NCBI RefSeq assembly: GCF_001677475.2
Contig: NZ_CP015229.1
DNA: 64,000 nucleotides
Reading direction: 5' to 3' (one strand)
From: Escherichia coli
GTDB taxonomy: Bacteria; Pseudomonadota; Gammaproteobacteria; Enterobacterales; Enterobacteriaceae
The notes under the pieces are model-generated. The model was not told where the DNA came from. It saw only the letters and a program-made list of their open reading frames with translations, and did not search any database. Below are positions 11,997 to 23,764 of this stretch, in pieces (positions within the stretch are counted from its first letter, which is position 1; each line of letters starts with the position of its first letter). A program made the position numbers and the translations under genes.

Positions 11997-12881
11997 ATGA
12001 GAACAGGATGTGAACCGACCCGATTTGGTAATGAAGCAAAGACCATCATCCAGGGTGATGCATTAACCGAACTTAAAAAGATCCCCGCCGAAAGTGTAGA
12101 TCTGATCTTTGCCGACCCACCGTATAACATCGGTAAAAATTTTGATGGTCTGATCGAAGCCTGGAAAGAAGATCTGTTTATCGACTGGCTGTTTGAAGTA
12201 ATTGCAGAGTGCCACCGCGTTCTGAAAAAGCAGGGCAGCATGTACATCATGAACAGCACGGAAAACATGCCCTTTATCGATCTCCAGTGCCGCAAGCTTT
12301 TTACCATCAAAAGTCGCATCGTCTGGTCATATGACAGTTCTGGAGTGCAGGCGAAAAAACACTACGGCTCCATGTACGAACCCATCCTGATGATGGTGAA
12401 AGACGCAAAGAACTACACGTTCAACGGTGATGCTATTCTGGTAGAAGCCAAAACCGGATCGCAGCGCGCGTTGATCGATTATCGCAAAAATCCTCCACAG
12501 CCTTACAATCATCAAAAAGTACCGGGTAACGTCTGGGATTTTCCGCGCGTGCGTTATTTGATGGATGAATATGAGAATCACCCGACGCAAAAACCGGAAG
12601 CCTTACTGAAACGCATTATTCTCGCCTCTTCCAACCCAGGCGATATCGTTCTCGACCCGTTTGCCGGTAGCTTTACTACCGGTGCCGTAGCCGTCGCCAG
12701 CGGGCGAAAATTCATTGGTATTGAGATCAACAGCGAGTACATCAAAATGGGGCTTCGACGGCTGGATGTCACGTCGCATTACTCTGCGGAAGAACTGGCG
12801 AAAGTGAAAAAAAGAAAGACCAGCAACCTGTCAAAACGAAGCAGGTTAAGCGAAGTTGACCCCGATCTCATTGCAAAGTAA
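11997..12881 (+). CDS. yhdJ: DNA adenine methyltransferase YhdJ
   Basis: 294 aa; DPPY motif (FADPPYNIG) of N6-adenine methyltransferases. Confidence 0.9.
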   Translation: MRTGCEPTRFGNEAKTIIQGDALTELKKIPAESVDLIFADPPYNIGKNFDGLIEAWKEDLFIDWLFEVIAECHRVLKKQGSMYIMNSTENMPFIDLQCRKLFTIKSRIVWSYDSSGVQAKKHYGSMYEPILMMVKDAKNYTFNGDAILVEAKTGSQRALIDYRKNPPQPYNHQKVPGNVWDFPRVRYLMDEYENHPTQKPEALLKRIILASSNPGDIVLDPFAGSFTTGAVAVASGRKFIGIEINSEYIKMGLRRLDVTSHYSAEELAKVKKRKTSNLSKRSRLSEVDPDLIAK

Positions 12882-12964
12882 AGGAAGTGTAAGCCTGGTT
12901 TTCAGATTATTCATTTCGTGTATATTTCCTGCCAGACTTGGTTAAACATGCACAGGCTCAGGTA

Positions 12965-13144
12965 ATGATTCGCAAGTATTGGTGGCTCGTCGTTTTCGCT
13001 GTCTTCGTTTTTCTGTTTGATACTTTACTGATGCAGTGGATTGAACTGCTGGCAACAGAAACAGACAAATGCCGCAATATGAACTCAGTTAATCCACTAA
13101 AACTGGTTAACTGTGACGAACTGAATTTTCAGGACAGAATGTGA
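12965..13144 (+). CDS. yhdU: Small membrane protein YhdU
   Basis: 59 aa from MIRKYWWLVVFAVFVFLF; ORF extends upstream to 12938. Confidence 0.6.
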   Translation: MIRKYWWLVVFAVFVFLFDTLLMQWIELLATETDKCRNMNSVNPLKLVNCDELNFQDRM

Positions 13145-13146
13145 AT

Positions 13147-13809
13147 TTATATGACACTTAATTCATTCGTTTGATGAATTAATTTCGTTATGTTTTCATC
13201 TGGCATGAACATTCTTAATACGTTATCGACCAGTGCGGGTGCTTGTTTATAAAGATCATAACCCGCCATATTCATTAACCAGTTTTGAACAATTCCGCTG
13301 AAGGCACCATCAATAATAATCATCACAACATCTAAATCGAGATTATTTGCTATACAACCTTGTTGCTGACATGCCTGCAATACTTCGTGGAGAGTCTGCG
13401 GATTAAAACCCATCTTTTCGCGTATCACTCCCTCTGCCAGCATCTCATCATTAAATTCACATTTGTGATATAAGATTTTCAGCAACGACTGCTGGCGGGG
13501 AATTTTGGCAATATATTGCAAGCCAACAATCAATTTTTCACGCAATTGCTGAAACGGGTCATGCTCTAACCCAGCAGTCAAGTGATCCTGGATTAACTCC
13601 CGCAATGAAGGCTGTTGCAACCACATCTCATTAAACAGTTGGGTCTTGTTCTCGAAGTGCCAGTAGATAGCGCCACGCGTAACGTTAGCGGCGTCGGCAA
13701 TGTCGTTGAGCGTCGTCTTGCTTACGCCATGCTGCGCAAACTGGGCGATGGCAGTTTCAATCAGTTCTTGCCGGGTCTTCAGGGCTTCAGCTTTGGTTCT
13801 TTTTGCCAT
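13147..13809 (-). CDS. acrS: TetR-family repressor of acrEF (AcrS/EnvR)
   Basis: 220 aa; N-terminal TetR HTH; divergent from acrE. Confidence 0.9.
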   Translation of the reverse strand: MAKRTKAEALKTRQELIETAIAQFAQHGVSKTTLNDIADAANVTRGAIYWHFENKTQLFNEMWLQQPSLRELIQDHLTAGLEHDPFQQLREKLIVGLQYIAKIPRQQSLLKILYHKCEFNDEMLAEGVIREKMGFNPQTLHEVLQACQQQGCIANNLDLDVVMIIIDGAFSGIVQNWLMNMAGYDLYKQAPALVDNVLRMFMPDENITKLIHQTNELSVI

Positions 13810-14206
13810 GATTAATTATTCAGGAAATAAATATATTCGACACAGGATGAGAAAATAGCGAAGGTTAATCTATCATCTAATGTGTATTTATACGAGAGGG
13901 TAACATTGAGTTGCTATAAATCGTCAAATAAATAATATATATTATTTACCTAAGATACATTCACTACATCAATATATATTTCAATTTACGAGGTTTTAAT
14001 TCTGCTTCTTTCAGCCCGCGTCAAAACAAAACATTAGAATATTAATCTTTTTTTGCGTTTATGTGCCTTAGACGCCAGTATTCATAACTATTTCTTACAT
14101 CGACGAATGATAATTTGTAGGATAGCGAACTGTATTTTTCTTTCTGCGAGTTAACGCGTTGCCTTTTCGGGTAAATAACGCGCTTTTGGTTTTTTGAGGA
14201 ATAGTA

Positions 14207-15364
14207 ATGACGAAACATGCCAGGTTTTTCCTCCTGCCCTCCTTTATCCTGTTCTCCGCTGCTTTAATCGCAGGCTGTAACGATAAGGGAGAAGAGAAAG
14301 CTCACGTCGGTGAACCGCAGGTTACCGTTCATGTTGTGAAAACGGCCCCGCTAGAAGTTAAGACTGAATTACCAGGCCGCACCAACGCTTTCCGTATAGC
14401 CGAAGTTCGCCCACAGGTTAGCGGGATCGTACTGAATCGCAATTTCACTGAAGGCAGCGATGTGCAAGCAGGCCAGTCCCTGTACCAGATCGATCCCGCG
14501 ACCTATCAGGCAAATTATGACAGCGCGAAAGGCGAACTGGCGAAAAGTGAAGCCGCCGCCGCCATCGCGCATTTGACGGTAAAACGTTACGTTCCGCTCG
14601 TGGGTACGAAATACATCAGTCAGCAGGAGTACGACCAGGCCATTGCTGATGCTCGCCAGGCCGATGCCGCCGTGATTGCCACAAAAGCCACGGTCGAAAG
14701 CGCTCGCATCAATCTCGCTTATACCAAAGTGACTGCGCCAATTAGCGGACGTATCGGCAAATCGACTGTGACCGAAGGCGCTCTTGTCACTAATGGGCAA
14801 ACGACTGAACTGGCGACTGTCCAGCAGCTCGATCCTATCTACGTTGATGTGACCCAATCCAGCAACGATTTTATGAGGCTGAAGCAATCCGTAGAGCAAG
14901 GAAATTTGCATAAGGAAAACGCCACCAGCAACGTAGAGTTGGTCATGGAAAACGGTCAAACCTATCCCCTGAAAGGTACGCTGCAATTCTCCGATGTGAC
15001 CGTTGATGAAAGCACCGGCTCCATAACCCTACGTGCCGTCTTCCCTAACCCGCAACATACGCTTTTACCTGGTATGTTTGTGCGCGCACGGATTGATGAA
15101 GGCGTCCAATCTGATGCCATTCTTATCCCGCAACAAGGCGTTAGCCGCACACCGCGTGGTGATGCAACCGTGCTGATTGTTAACGATAAAAGTCAGGTTG
15201 AAGCGCGCCCTGTCGTTGCCAGCCAGGCGATTGGCGATAAATGGTTGATTAGCGAAGGTCTGAAATCTGGCGATCAAGTCATTGTCAGCGGCCTGCAAAA
15301 AGCGCGTCCGGGAGAGCAGGTTAAAGCCACTACCGATATCCCCGCAGATACTGCATCGAAGTAA
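14207..15364 (+). CDS. acrE: RND efflux periplasmic adaptor AcrE
   Basis: 385 aa; lipoprotein signal LIAGC. Confidence 0.93.
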   Translation: MTKHARFFLLPSFILFSAALIAGCNDKGEEKAHVGEPQVTVHVVKTAPLEVKTELPGRTNAFRIAEVRPQVSGIVLNRNFTEGSDVQAGQSLYQIDPATYQANYDSAKGELAKSEAAAAIAHLTVKRYVPLVGTKYISQQEYDQAIADARQADAAVIATKATVESARINLAYTKVTAPISGRIGKSTVTEGALVTNGQTTELATVQQLDPIYVDVTQSSNDFMRLKQSVEQGNLHKENATSNVELVMENGQTYPLKGTLQFSDVTVDESTGSITLRAVFPNPQHTLLPGMFVRARIDEGVQSDAILIPQQGVSRTPRGDATVLIVNDKSQVEARPVVASQAIGDKWLISEGLKSGDQVIVSGLQKARPGEQVKATTDIPADTASK

Positions 15365-15375
15365 GGCAATCTGAC

Positions 15376-18300
15376 ATGGCAAACTTTTTTATTCGACGAC
15401 CGATATTTGCATGGGTGCTGGCCATTATTCTGATGATGGCGGGCGCACTGGCGATCCTACAATTGCCCGTCGCCCAGTATCCAACCATTGCGCCGCCCGC
15501 GGTTTCTGTTTCGGCAAACTATCCGGGCGCTGATGCGCAGACCGTGCAGGATACGGTGACGCAGGTTATCGAACAGAATATGAATGGTATCGATAACCTG
15601 ATGTATATGTCCTCCACCAGCGATTCCGCCGGTAGCGTGACAATTACCCTTACCTTCCAGTCCGGGACCGATCCAGATATCGCGCAAGTGCAAGTGCAGA
15701 ACAAACTCCAGCTCGCCACGCCGTTGCTGCCGCAGGAGGTTCAGCAGCAGGGGATCAGTGTTGAAAAGTCCAGTAGCAGCTATTTGATGGTGGCGGGCTT
15801 TGTCTCTGATAACCCAGGCACCACACAGGACGATATCTCGGACTATGTGGCCTCTAACGTTAAAGATACGCTTAGCCGTCTGAATGGCGTCGGTGACGTA
15901 CAGCTTTTCGGCGCACAGTATGCGATGCGTATCTGGCTGGACGCCGATCTGCTAAACAAATATAAACTGACACCGGTTGATGTGATTAACCAGTTGAAGG
16001 TACAGAACGATCAGATCGCTGCCGGACAGTTGGGCGGAACGCCAGCGTTACCAGGGCAACAGTTGAATGCCTCGATTATTGCTCAAACGCGGTTAAAAAA
16101 TCCGGAAGAATTCGGCAAAGTGACCCTGCGCGTAAACAGTGACGGCTCGGTGGTACGCCTGAAAGATGTCGCACGGGTTGAACTTGGCGGTGAAAACTAT
16201 AACGTTATCGCTCGCATCAACGGAAAACCGGCGGCAGGTCTGGGTATTAAGCTGGCAACCGGTGCGAACGCTCTCGATACCGCGAAATCCATTAAGGCAA
16301 AACTAGCGGAATTACAGCCATTCTTTCCGCAGGGAATGAAGGTTCTCTACCCTTATGACACCACACCATTCGTCCAGCTTTCTATTCACGAAGTGGTAAA
16401 AACGCTGTTCGAAGCCATTATGCTGGTGTTCCTGGTGATGTATCTGTTCTTGCAGAATATGCGAGCAACGCTGATCCCCACCATTGCGGTACCTGTGGTG
16501 TTGTTAGGGACGTTTGCCATCCTCGCCGCTTTTGGTTACTCCATCAACACACTAACGATGTTCGGGATGGTGCTTGCCATCGGGCTGCTCGTCGATGATG
16601 CGATAGTGGTGGTGGAGAACGTCGAGCGCGTGATGATGGAGGATAAGCTCCCGCCAAAAGAAGCGACGGAAAAATCAATGTCGCAAATCCAGGGCGCACT
16701 GGTGGGTATCGCGATGGTGCTGTCAGCGGTATTTATTCCAATGGCATTCTTCGGCGGTTCTACTGGGGCAATTTACCGCCAGTTCTCTATCACCATCGTT
16801 TCGGCAATGGCGCTTTCTGTTCTGGTGGCATTGATTCTTACCCCAGCGTTATGTGCAACACTGCTCAAACCCGTCTCTGCTGAGCATCACGAAAATAAGG
16901 GCGGTTTCTTCGGCTGGTTTAATACCACCTTCGATCATAGCGTTAACCACTACACCAACAGCGTCGGCAAAATCCTCGGTTCCACAGGACGATATTTACT
17001 GATCTATGCGCTGATTGTTGCAGGAATGGTGGTGTTGTTTTTACGTCTTCCGTCTTCCGTCTTACCTGAAGAGGATCAGGGTGTCTTTCTGACTATGATT
17101 CAGTTACCCGCTGGCGCGACGCAAGAGCGGACGCAAAAAGTGTTGGATCAAGTGACGGATTACTATCTGAAGAACGAGAAAGCGAACGTTGAAAGTGTTT
17201 TTACGGTTAACGGCTTTAGCTTCAGCGGCCAGGCACAAAACGCCGGTATGGCCTTCGTCAGTCTGAAACCGTGGGAAGAGCGTAATGGTGATGAAAACAG
17301 TGCGGAAGCGGTAATCCATCGTGCCAAAATGGAATTGGGCAAGATTCGCGACGGTTTTGTCATTCCATTCAATATGCCAGCCATTGTTGAACTGGGCACG
17401 GCAACGGGTTTCGACTTTGAGTTAATTGATCAGGCTGGGCTGGGTCACGATGCCCTAACCCAGGCCCGTAACCAGTTGCTTGGCATGGCGGCGCAACATC
17501 CTGCCAGCTTAGTCAGCGTGCGTCCTAATGGCCTGGAAGACACCGCGCAGTTTAAACTGGAAGTTGACCAGGAAAAGGCGCAAGCATTAGGTGTTTCACT
17601 TTCTGACATCAATCAGACCATTTCAACGGCGTTGGGTGGGACTTACGTTAACGACTTCATCGACCGTGGTCGCGTGAAAAAGGTGTATGTTCAGGCGGAT
17701 GCCAAATTCCGTATGCTGCCAGAAGATGTCGATAAACTTTATGTCCGCAGCGCCAACGGCGAAATGGTGCCATTCTCGGCCTTTACCACTTCACATTGGG
17801 TATATGGCTCTCCGCGGCTGGAACGCTACAACGGTCTGCCGTCAATGGAGATTCAGGGGGAAGCCGCGCCAGGAACCAGTTCCGGCGATGCCATGGCGTT
17901 GATGGAAAACCTTGCGTCAAAATTACCTGCGGGCATTGGTTATGACTGGACGGGTATGTCGTATCAGGAACGCTTATCGGGAAACCAGGCTCCCGCTCTG
18001 GTAGCAATTTCCTTTGTGGTTGTTTTCCTGTGCCTTGCTGCACTCTATGAAAGCTGGTCAATTCCTGTCTCGGTTATGTTGGTCGTGCCGTTAGGGATTG
18101 TCGGCGTGCTACTGGCGGCGACACTCTTTAATCAAAAAAATGACGTCTACTTTATGGTGGGCTTGCTAACGACAATTGGCTTGTCGGCTAAAAACGCTAT
18201 TTTGATTGTTGAGTTCGCTAAAGATCTCATGGAGAAAGAGGGTAAAGGTGTTGTTGAAGCGACACTAATGGCAGTACGTATGCGTCTGCGTCCTATCCTG

Positions 18301-18480
18301 ATGACCTCTCTCGCCTTTATTCTCGGCGTATTACCGCTAGCTATCAGTAACGGTGCCGGCAGTGGCGCGCAGAACGCAGTGGGTATCGGGGTAATGGGCG
18401 GGATGGTCTCTGCAACGTTGCTGGCAATCTTCTTCGTGCCGGTGTTCTTTGTGGTGATCCGCCGTTGCTTTAAAGGATAA
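15376..18480 (+). CDS. acrF: RND multidrug efflux pump AcrF
   Basis: 1034 aa; AcrB-like 12-TM transporter. Confidence 0.95.
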   Translation: MANFFIRRPIFAWVLAIILMMAGALAILQLPVAQYPTIAPPAVSVSANYPGADAQTVQDTVTQVIEQNMNGIDNLMYMSSTSDSAGSVTITLTFQSGTDPDIAQVQVQNKLQLATPLLPQEVQQQGISVEKSSSSYLMVAGFVSDNPGTTQDDISDYVASNVKDTLSRLNGVGDVQLFGAQYAMRIWLDADLLNKYKLTPVDVINQLKVQNDQIAAGQLGGTPALPGQQLNASIIAQTRLKNPEEFGKVTLRVNSDGSVVRLKDVARVELGGENYNVIARINGKPAAGLGIKLATGANALDTAKSIKAKLAELQPFFPQGMKVLYPYDTTPFVQLSIHEVVKTLFEAIMLVFLVMYLFLQNMRATLIPTIAVPVVLLGTFAILAAFGYSINTLTMFGMVLAIGLLVDDAIVVVENVERVMMEDKLPPKEATEKSMSQIQGALVGIAMVLSAVFIPMAFFGGSTGAIYRQFSITIVSAMALSVLVALILTPALCATLLKPVSAEHHENKGGFFGWFNTTFDHSVNHYTNSVGKILGSTGRYLLIYALIVAGMVVLFLRLPSSVLPEEDQGVFLTMIQLPAGATQERTQKVLDQVTDYYLKNEKANVESVFTVNGFSFSGQAQNAGMAFVSLKPWEERNGDENSAEAVIHRAKMELGKIRDGFVIPFNMPAIVELGTATGFDFELIDQAGLGHDALTQARNQLLGMAAQHPASLVSVRPNGLEDTAQFKLEVDQEKAQALGVSLSDINQTISTALGGTYVNDFIDRGRVKKVYVQADAKFRMLPEDVDKLYVRSANGEMVPFSAFTTSHWVYGSPRLERYNGLPSMEIQGEAAPGTSSGDAMALMENLASKLPAGIGYDWTGMSYQERLSGNQAPALVAISFVVVFLCLAALYESWSIPVSVMLVVPLGIVGVLLAATLFNQKNDVYFMVGLLTTIGLSAKNAILIVEFAKDLMEKEGKGVVEATLMAVRMRLRPILMTSLAFILGVLPLAISNGAGSGAQNAVGIGVMGGMVSATLLAIFFVPVFFVVIRRCFKG

Positions 18481-18491
18481 ATCAGAAACAT

Positions 18492-18520
18492 AAAGGCACT
18501 TTCGGGTGCCTTTATTATTT
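18492..18520 (+). terminator. Rho-independent terminator after acrF
   Basis: AAAGGCAC-TTTCGGG-TGCCTTT hairpin plus T-rich tail. Confidence 0.7.
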
Positions 18521-18732
18521 CCAGTGAAACCCATAAAAATTAATAAGATATTCCTCTACTCACTCTTTAAAAACTTTCTATAGTTCCCGCTCCCTTCACT
18601 ATTTTTACAATTCACATAATTTGTCATTATTCATTCCGCAAGATTTATAACCTCCAGTGATAAAATGGCATTCAGCTCGTTAATAAGAGAGTTAACTTAT
18701 TAAGCGTTAGCGTTTATTACTGAGGTAACACC

Positions 18733-18954
18733 ATGAAAAGATTAATTCCTGTGGCATTGCTCACCGCATTGCTGGCGGGCTGTGCTCACGATTCGCCCTG
18801 CGTTCCGGTTTATGACGATCAGGGTCGACTGGTTCACACTAATACCTGTATGAAAGGCACGACTCAGGATAACTGGGAAACGGCTGGGGCTATTGCTGGC
18901 GGGGCAGCAGCTGTTGCTGGCCTGACGATGGGGATCATCGCTCTGTCGAAATAA
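18733..18954 (+). CDS. yhdV: Small lipoprotein YhdV
   Basis: 73 aa; lipobox LLAGC. Confidence 0.8.
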   Translation: MKRLIPVALLTALLAGCAHDSPCVPVYDDQGRLVHTNTCMKGTTQDNWETAGAIAGGAAAVAGLTMGIIALSK

Positions 18955-19288
18955 CTGAACAGAGCGCGGAGTACCGCGCTCTGTTTAACGATACAGTATC
19001 TCACCATAAGATAAAATATTGCTATATTCTGCTGGGTAATTCCCTGCTGATTTAGCATGTTATATCGCGTTATTTCGCTGCTTTCGAAATAACGCATCAA
19101 TTTAATTTTCACACTTCCTACCAGAAATATACTCACGCTAACAATCATTATTCTGCTTAGTAAAAAACGCGTAAATATTTTGCGCCAAAATGTGGCGCAT
19201 GTTTCATTTTCGCACCATTGCGGGGCGCTGTTTTTATTATTTCCTGTCTACACTCAGCTTATTGCGACGCGAAATCGTGCGCAAAAGC

Positions 19289-19304
19289 TGGCACTACTTT
19301 TGCT
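19289..19304 (+). promoter_or_regulatory. Sigma54-type (-24/-12) promoter upstream of yhdW
   Basis: TGGCAC-N5-TTGCT matches GG-N10-GC consensus; ~80 bp upstream of yhdW ATG. Confidence 0.6.
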
Positions 19305-19384
19305 TATAAGAGGATGGCCACAGACAGGTAAAAGACGTTTCCCAAATGTCCTATAACGATAATTTTCGCCTCACAGGAAGCATT

Positions 19385-20410
19385 ATGAAAAAGATGATGA
19401 TAGCCACACTGGCTGCCGCCAGCGTGCTGCTTGCCGTTGCAAATCAGGCGCATGCTGGTGCGACGCTTGATGCCGTTCAGAAAAAAGGTTTTGTGCAATG
19501 CGGGATCAGTGATGGATTACCTGGGTTCTCTTATGCCGATGCTGACGGTAAGTTTTCAGGTATTGATGTAGATGTTTGTCGTGGTGTTGCGGCAGCTGTA
19601 TTTGGTGACGACACGAAAGTGAAATATACCCCGCTCACTGCAAAAGAACGCTTCACGGCTTTACAGTCAGGGGAGGTGGATTTGCTCTCCCGTAATACGA
19701 CCTGGACTTCATCTCGCGATGCCGGGATGGGAATGGCATTTACCGGCGTCACTTATTACGACGGCATTGGCTTCCTGACTCACGATAAAGCGGGACTAAA
19801 AAGCGCGAAAGAACTGGATGGCGCTACCGTCTGTATTCAGGCGGGTACTGATACCGAACTCAACGTTGCCGATTACTTTAAGGCAAACAATATGAAGTAC
19901 ACACCAGTGACTTTCGATCGCTCTGACGAATCAGCGAAGGCACTGGAATCTGGTCGCTGCGATACGCTGGCCTCGGATCAATCACAACTGTATGCCCTGC
20001 GCATCAAATTAAGCAACCCGGCTGAATGGATTGTCTTACCGGAAGTTATCTCCAAAGAACCGCTTGGGCCGGTAGTTCGTCGTGGCGATGATGAATGGTT
20101 CTCGATTGTACGCTGGACGCTTTTCGCCATGCTGAATGCTGAAGAGATGGGCATCAATTCCCAGAACGTCGATGAAAAAGCGGCTAATCCAGCAACGCCT
20201 GATATGGCACATCTGCTGGGTAAAGAAGGCGATTACGGCAAGGATCTGAAGCTGGATAATAAATGGGCTTACAACATCATCAAACAGGTGGGTAACTACT
20301 CGGAAATTTTTGAGCGTAACGTAGGTTCAGAAAGCCCGCTGAAAATTAAACGTGGGCAAAATAATCTCTGGAATAACGGCGGTATTCAGTACGCGCCGCC
20401 CGTGCGTTAA
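19385..20410 (+). CDS. yhdW: Amino-acid ABC transporter periplasmic binding protein
   Basis: 341 aa from MKKMMIATLAAASVLLAVANQAHA signal peptide; intact frame. Confidence 0.85.
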   Translation: MKKMMIATLAAASVLLAVANQAHAGATLDAVQKKGFVQCGISDGLPGFSYADADGKFSGIDVDVCRGVAAAVFGDDTKVKYTPLTAKERFTALQSGEVDLLSRNTTWTSSRDAGMGMAFTGVTYYDGIGFLTHDKAGLKSAKELDGATVCIQAGTDTELNVADYFKANNMKYTPVTFDRSDESAKALESGRCDTLASDQSQLYALRIKLSNPAEWIVLPEVISKEPLGPVVRRGDDEWFSIVRWTLFAMLNAEEMGINSQNVDEKAANPATPDMAHLLGKEGDYGKDLKLDNKWAYNIIKQVGNYSEIFERNVGSESPLKIKRGQNNLWNNGGIQYAPPVR

Positions 20411-20477
20411 GTCGGTGTGAGGTAACGAGCGTCGCTACGGCGGCGCTCTCTTCAGCGTTATGCTTTCCGAGGTTTCT

Positions 20478-21659
20478 ATGTCTCATCGCCGCTCAACCGT
20501 TAAAGGCTCACTCTCCTTTGCCAACCCTACGGTTCGCGCCTGGTTATTCCAGATCCTTGCCGTTGTTGCTGTTGTCGGCATTGTTGGTTGGTTATTTCAC
20601 AACACTGTAACGAATCTCAATAATCGTGGCATTACTTCAGGTTTTGCCTTTCTGGATCGCGGCGCTGGCTTCGGTATTGTCCAGCATTTGATCGATTACC
20701 AGCAGGGCGACACCTACGGACGCGTTTTCATTGTTGGCTTACTCAATACGCTACTGGTTTCTGCATTGTGTATTGTATTCGCTTCTGTTCTGGGCTTCTT
20801 TATCGGTCTGGCGCGACTTTCGGATAACTGGCTGCTACGAAAGCTTTCCACAATTTATATTGAGATCTTCCGTAATATTCCGCCGCTGCTGCAAATCTTC
20901 TTCTGGTACTTTGCCGTGTTGCGCAATTTGCCCGGACCACGCCAGGCTGTGAGCGCGTTTGATCTGGCCTTTTTGAGCAATCGTGGGCTTTATATTCCGT
21001 CACCACAGCTGGGAGACGGATTTATTGCGTTTATCCTGGCTGTTGTTATGGCTATAGTCCTTTCTGTTGGGCTATTCCGCTTTAATAAAACATACCAGAT
21101 AAAGACCGGACAGCTGCGCCGCACCTGGCCGATCGCCGCAGTGTTGATCATTGGTTTGCCTTTACTGGCGCAATGGCTTTTTGGCGCAGCACTACACTGG
21201 GATGTCCCAGCCCTACGAGGCTTTAACTTCCGCGGCGGGATGGTTTTAATTCCTGAACTGGCAGCCTTAACGCTGGCACTTTCGGTTTATACCTCTGCAT
21301 TTATCGCCGAGATTATCCGCGCTGGGATCCAGGCAGTGCCTTATGGTCAACATGAAGCTGCTCGGTCACTGGGATTACCCAACCCGGTTACGCTACGCCA
21401 GGTCATTATTCCCCAGGCACTGCGGGTGATTATTCCACCGTTAACCAGCCAGTATCTCAACATCGTCAAAAACTCCTCTCTTGCCGCCGCTATTGGCTAT
21501 CCCGATATGGTTTCGCTGTTTGCCGGCACCGTGCTGAACCAGACGGGGCAAGCCATCGAGACGATAGCCATGACCATGTCGGTCTATCTGATTATCAGCC
21601 TGACTATCTCGCTGCTGATGAATATCTATAACCGCCGCATCGCGATCGTTGAACGCTAA
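20478..21659 (+). CDS. yhdX: Amino-acid ABC transporter permease
   Basis: 393 aa multi-TM; ORF extends upstream to 20460. Confidence 0.85.
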   Translation: MSHRRSTVKGSLSFANPTVRAWLFQILAVVAVVGIVGWLFHNTVTNLNNRGITSGFAFLDRGAGFGIVQHLIDYQQGDTYGRVFIVGLLNTLLVSALCIVFASVLGFFIGLARLSDNWLLRKLSTIYIEIFRNIPPLLQIFFWYFAVLRNLPGPRQAVSAFDLAFLSNRGLYIPSPQLGDGFIAFILAVVMAIVLSVGLFRFNKTYQIKTGQLRRTWPIAAVLIIGLPLLAQWLFGAALHWDVPALRGFNFRGGMVLIPELAALTLALSVYTSAFIAEIIRAGIQAVPYGQHEAARSLGLPNPVTLRQVIIPQALRVIIPPLTSQYLNIVKNSSLAAAIGYPDMVSLFAGTVLNQTGQAIETIAMTMSVYLIISLTISLLMNIYNRRIAIVER

Positions 21660-21668
21660 GGAGTCATG

Positions 21669-22772
21669 ATGACAAAAGTATTGCTGTCTCATCCCCCGCG
21701 CCCGGCGAGCCATAACTCAAGCCGCGCTATGGTGTGGGTGCGAAAAAATCTGTTCTCCAGCTGGAGCAATAGCCTACTGACTATTGGCTGCATATGGTTG
21801 ATGTGGGAACTGATCCCACCGTTGCTGAACTGGGCATTTTTGCAGGCTAACTGGGTTGGCTCAACGCGTGCCGACTGCACAAAAGCCGGTGCCTGTTGGG
21901 TCTTCATCCACGAACGATTTGGTCAATTTATGTATGGGCTTTACCCACACGACCAACGCTGGCGATTTAACCTCGCATTACTGATTGGGCTTGTGTCGAT
22001 CGCACCAATGTTCTGGAAAATACTCCCGTATCGCGGTCGCTATATTGCGGTATGGGCGGTGATTTACCCACTGATTGTCTGGTGGCTGATGTATGGCGGG
22101 TTTCTTGGTCTTGAGCGGGTTGAAACCCGGCAATGGGGCGGGCTGACGCTAACTTTAATTATTGCATCAGTTGGGATTGCGGGGGCGCTGCCGTGGGGGA
22201 TCTTACTGGCGTTAGGTCGCCGCTCCCATATGCCGATTGTGCGTATCTTATCGGTCATTTTTATCGAGTTCTGGCGCGGTGTACCGCTGATTACCGTTCT
22301 GTTTATGTCTTCGGTCATGCTGCCGTTGTTTATGGCAGAAGGCACCAGTATCGACAAATTGATCCGCGCGCTGGTTGGCGTGATCCTGTTTCAGTCAGCA
22401 TATGTTGCGGAAGTCGTGCGAGGCGGATTACAGGCGCTGCCTAAAGGGCAATATGAAGCGGCAGAGTCGCTGGCGTTGGGTTACTGGAAAACCCAGGGGC
22501 TGGTTATTCTGCCACAGGCGTTGAAGCTGGTGATTCCTGGGCTGGTAAATACCATCATCGCACTTTTCAAAGATACCAGCCTGGTGATCATCATCGGGTT
22601 GTTCGATCTTTTCAGTAGCGTTCAGCAGGCAACCGTTGATCCCGCCTGGTTGGGTATGTCGACAGAAGGGTATGTTTTCGCCGCACTGATCTACTGGATC
22701 TTCTGTTTCAGCATGTCACGTTATAGCCAACATCTGGAAAAACGTTTTAACACCGGGCGTACACCGCATTGA
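21669..22772 (+). CDS. yhdY: Amino-acid ABC transporter permease
   Basis: 367 aa multi-TM. Confidence 0.85.
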   Translation: MTKVLLSHPPRPASHNSSRAMVWVRKNLFSSWSNSLLTIGCIWLMWELIPPLLNWAFLQANWVGSTRADCTKAGACWVFIHERFGQFMYGLYPHDQRWRFNLALLIGLVSIAPMFWKILPYRGRYIAVWAVIYPLIVWWLMYGGFLGLERVETRQWGGLTLTLIIASVGIAGALPWGILLALGRRSHMPIVRILSVIFIEFWRGVPLITVLFMSSVMLPLFMAEGTSIDKLIRALVGVILFQSAYVAEVVRGGLQALPKGQYEAAESLALGYWKTQGLVILPQALKLVIPGLVNTIIALFKDTSLVIIIGLFDLFSSVQQATVDPAWLGMSTEGYVFAALIYWIFCFSMSRYSQHLEKRFNTGRTPH

Positions 22773-22779
22773 GGACACT

Positions 22780-23538
22780 ATGAGCCAAATTTTACTGCAA
22801 CCTGCTAACGCGATGATTACGCTGGAAAACGTCAATAAATGGTATGGACAATTCCATGTTTTGAAAAATATAAATTTGACCGTGCAACCGGGAGAACGGA
22901 TCGTTCTGTGTGGCCCTTCTGGTTCCGGTAAATCGACAACCATTCGTTGTATTAATCATCTGGAAGAACATCAACAGGGACGGATCGTGGTGGATGGCAT
23001 CGAACTTAATGAAGATATCCGCAATATTGAGCGCGTCAGGCAGGAAGTGGGAATGGTCTTTCAGCATTTCAATCTCTTCCCTCATCTGACCGTTCTACAG
23101 AACTGTACCCTGGCACCGATTTGGGTACGCAAGATGCCTAAAAAAGAGGCTGAAGCTCTGGCGATGCATTACCTTGAGCGGGTGAGAATTGCCGAACATG
23201 CCCAGAAGTTTCCCGGACAGATTTCGGGTGGTCAGCAGCAACGCGTTGCCATAGCACGTTCACTTTGTATGAAACCAAAGATCATGCTATTTGATGAACC
23301 TACGTCGGCGCTCGATCCGGAGATGGTGAAAGAGGTGCTGGATACGATGATTGGACTGGCGCAATCGGGTATGACAATGTTGTGTGTAACGCATGAGATG
23401 GGGTTTGCGCGAACCGTCGCTGACCGGGTGATTTTTATGGAGCGTGGGGAAATAGTGGAGCAAGCTGCACCTGATGAATTTTTTGCGCATCCTAAATCAG
23501 AGCGTACGAGGGCATTTTTATCGCAGGTAATCCATTAA
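22780..23538 (+). CDS. yhdZ: Amino-acid ABC transporter ATP-binding protein
   Basis: 252 aa; Walker [10 protein letters not shown], signature LSGGQQQR. Confidence 0.92.
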   Translation: MSQILLQPANAMITLENVNKWYGQFHVLKNINLTVQPGERIVLCGPSGSGKSTTIRCINHLEEHQQGRIVVDGIELNEDIRNIERVRQEVGMVFQHFNLFPHLTVLQNCTLAPIWVRKMPKKEAEALAMHYLERVRIAEHAQKFPGQISGGQQQRVAIARSLCMKPKIMLFDEPTSALDPEMVKEVLDTMIGLAQSGMTMLCVTHEMGFARTVADRVIFMERGEIVEQAAPDEFFAHPKSERTRAFLSQVIH

Positions 23539-23561
23539 TTGAATGTTAGTTCGAAAAGCAA

Positions 23562-23764
23562 AAAGGCCATCCTTTCGGATGGCCTTTCGCTTGATTTGAT
23601 GTCTGGCAGTTTATGGCGGCGTCCTGCCCGCCACCCTCCGGGCCGTTGCTTCGCAACGTTCAAATCCGCTCCCGGCGGATTTGTCCTACTCGGGAGAGTG
23701 TTCACCGACAAACAGCAGATAAAACAAAAGGCCCAGTCTTCCGACTGAGCCTTTTGTTTTATTT
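23562..23764 (-). terminator. rrnD distal terminator region (T1/T2-type hairpins)
   Basis: Two hairpins (AAAAGGCCATCC..GGATGGCCTTT and AAGGCCCAGTC..GACTGAGCCTTT) matching rrn terminator sequence as recalled. Confidence 0.7.

Noticed and set aside
14369-14986. 205-aa minus-strand ORF inside acrE, and similar antisense ORFs in dusB (10957..11493), secY and gspD
   Set aside because: Fully embedded antisense to well-supported genes, with no independent coding evidence.
19181-19199. Calling the TGCGCCA-N5-TGGCGCA palindrome a canonical NtrC site
   Set aside because: Canonical NtrC sites as I recall them are TGCACCA-N3-TGGTGCA; the half-sites are similar but the spacing differs, so I report it only as a palindrome of possible relevance.
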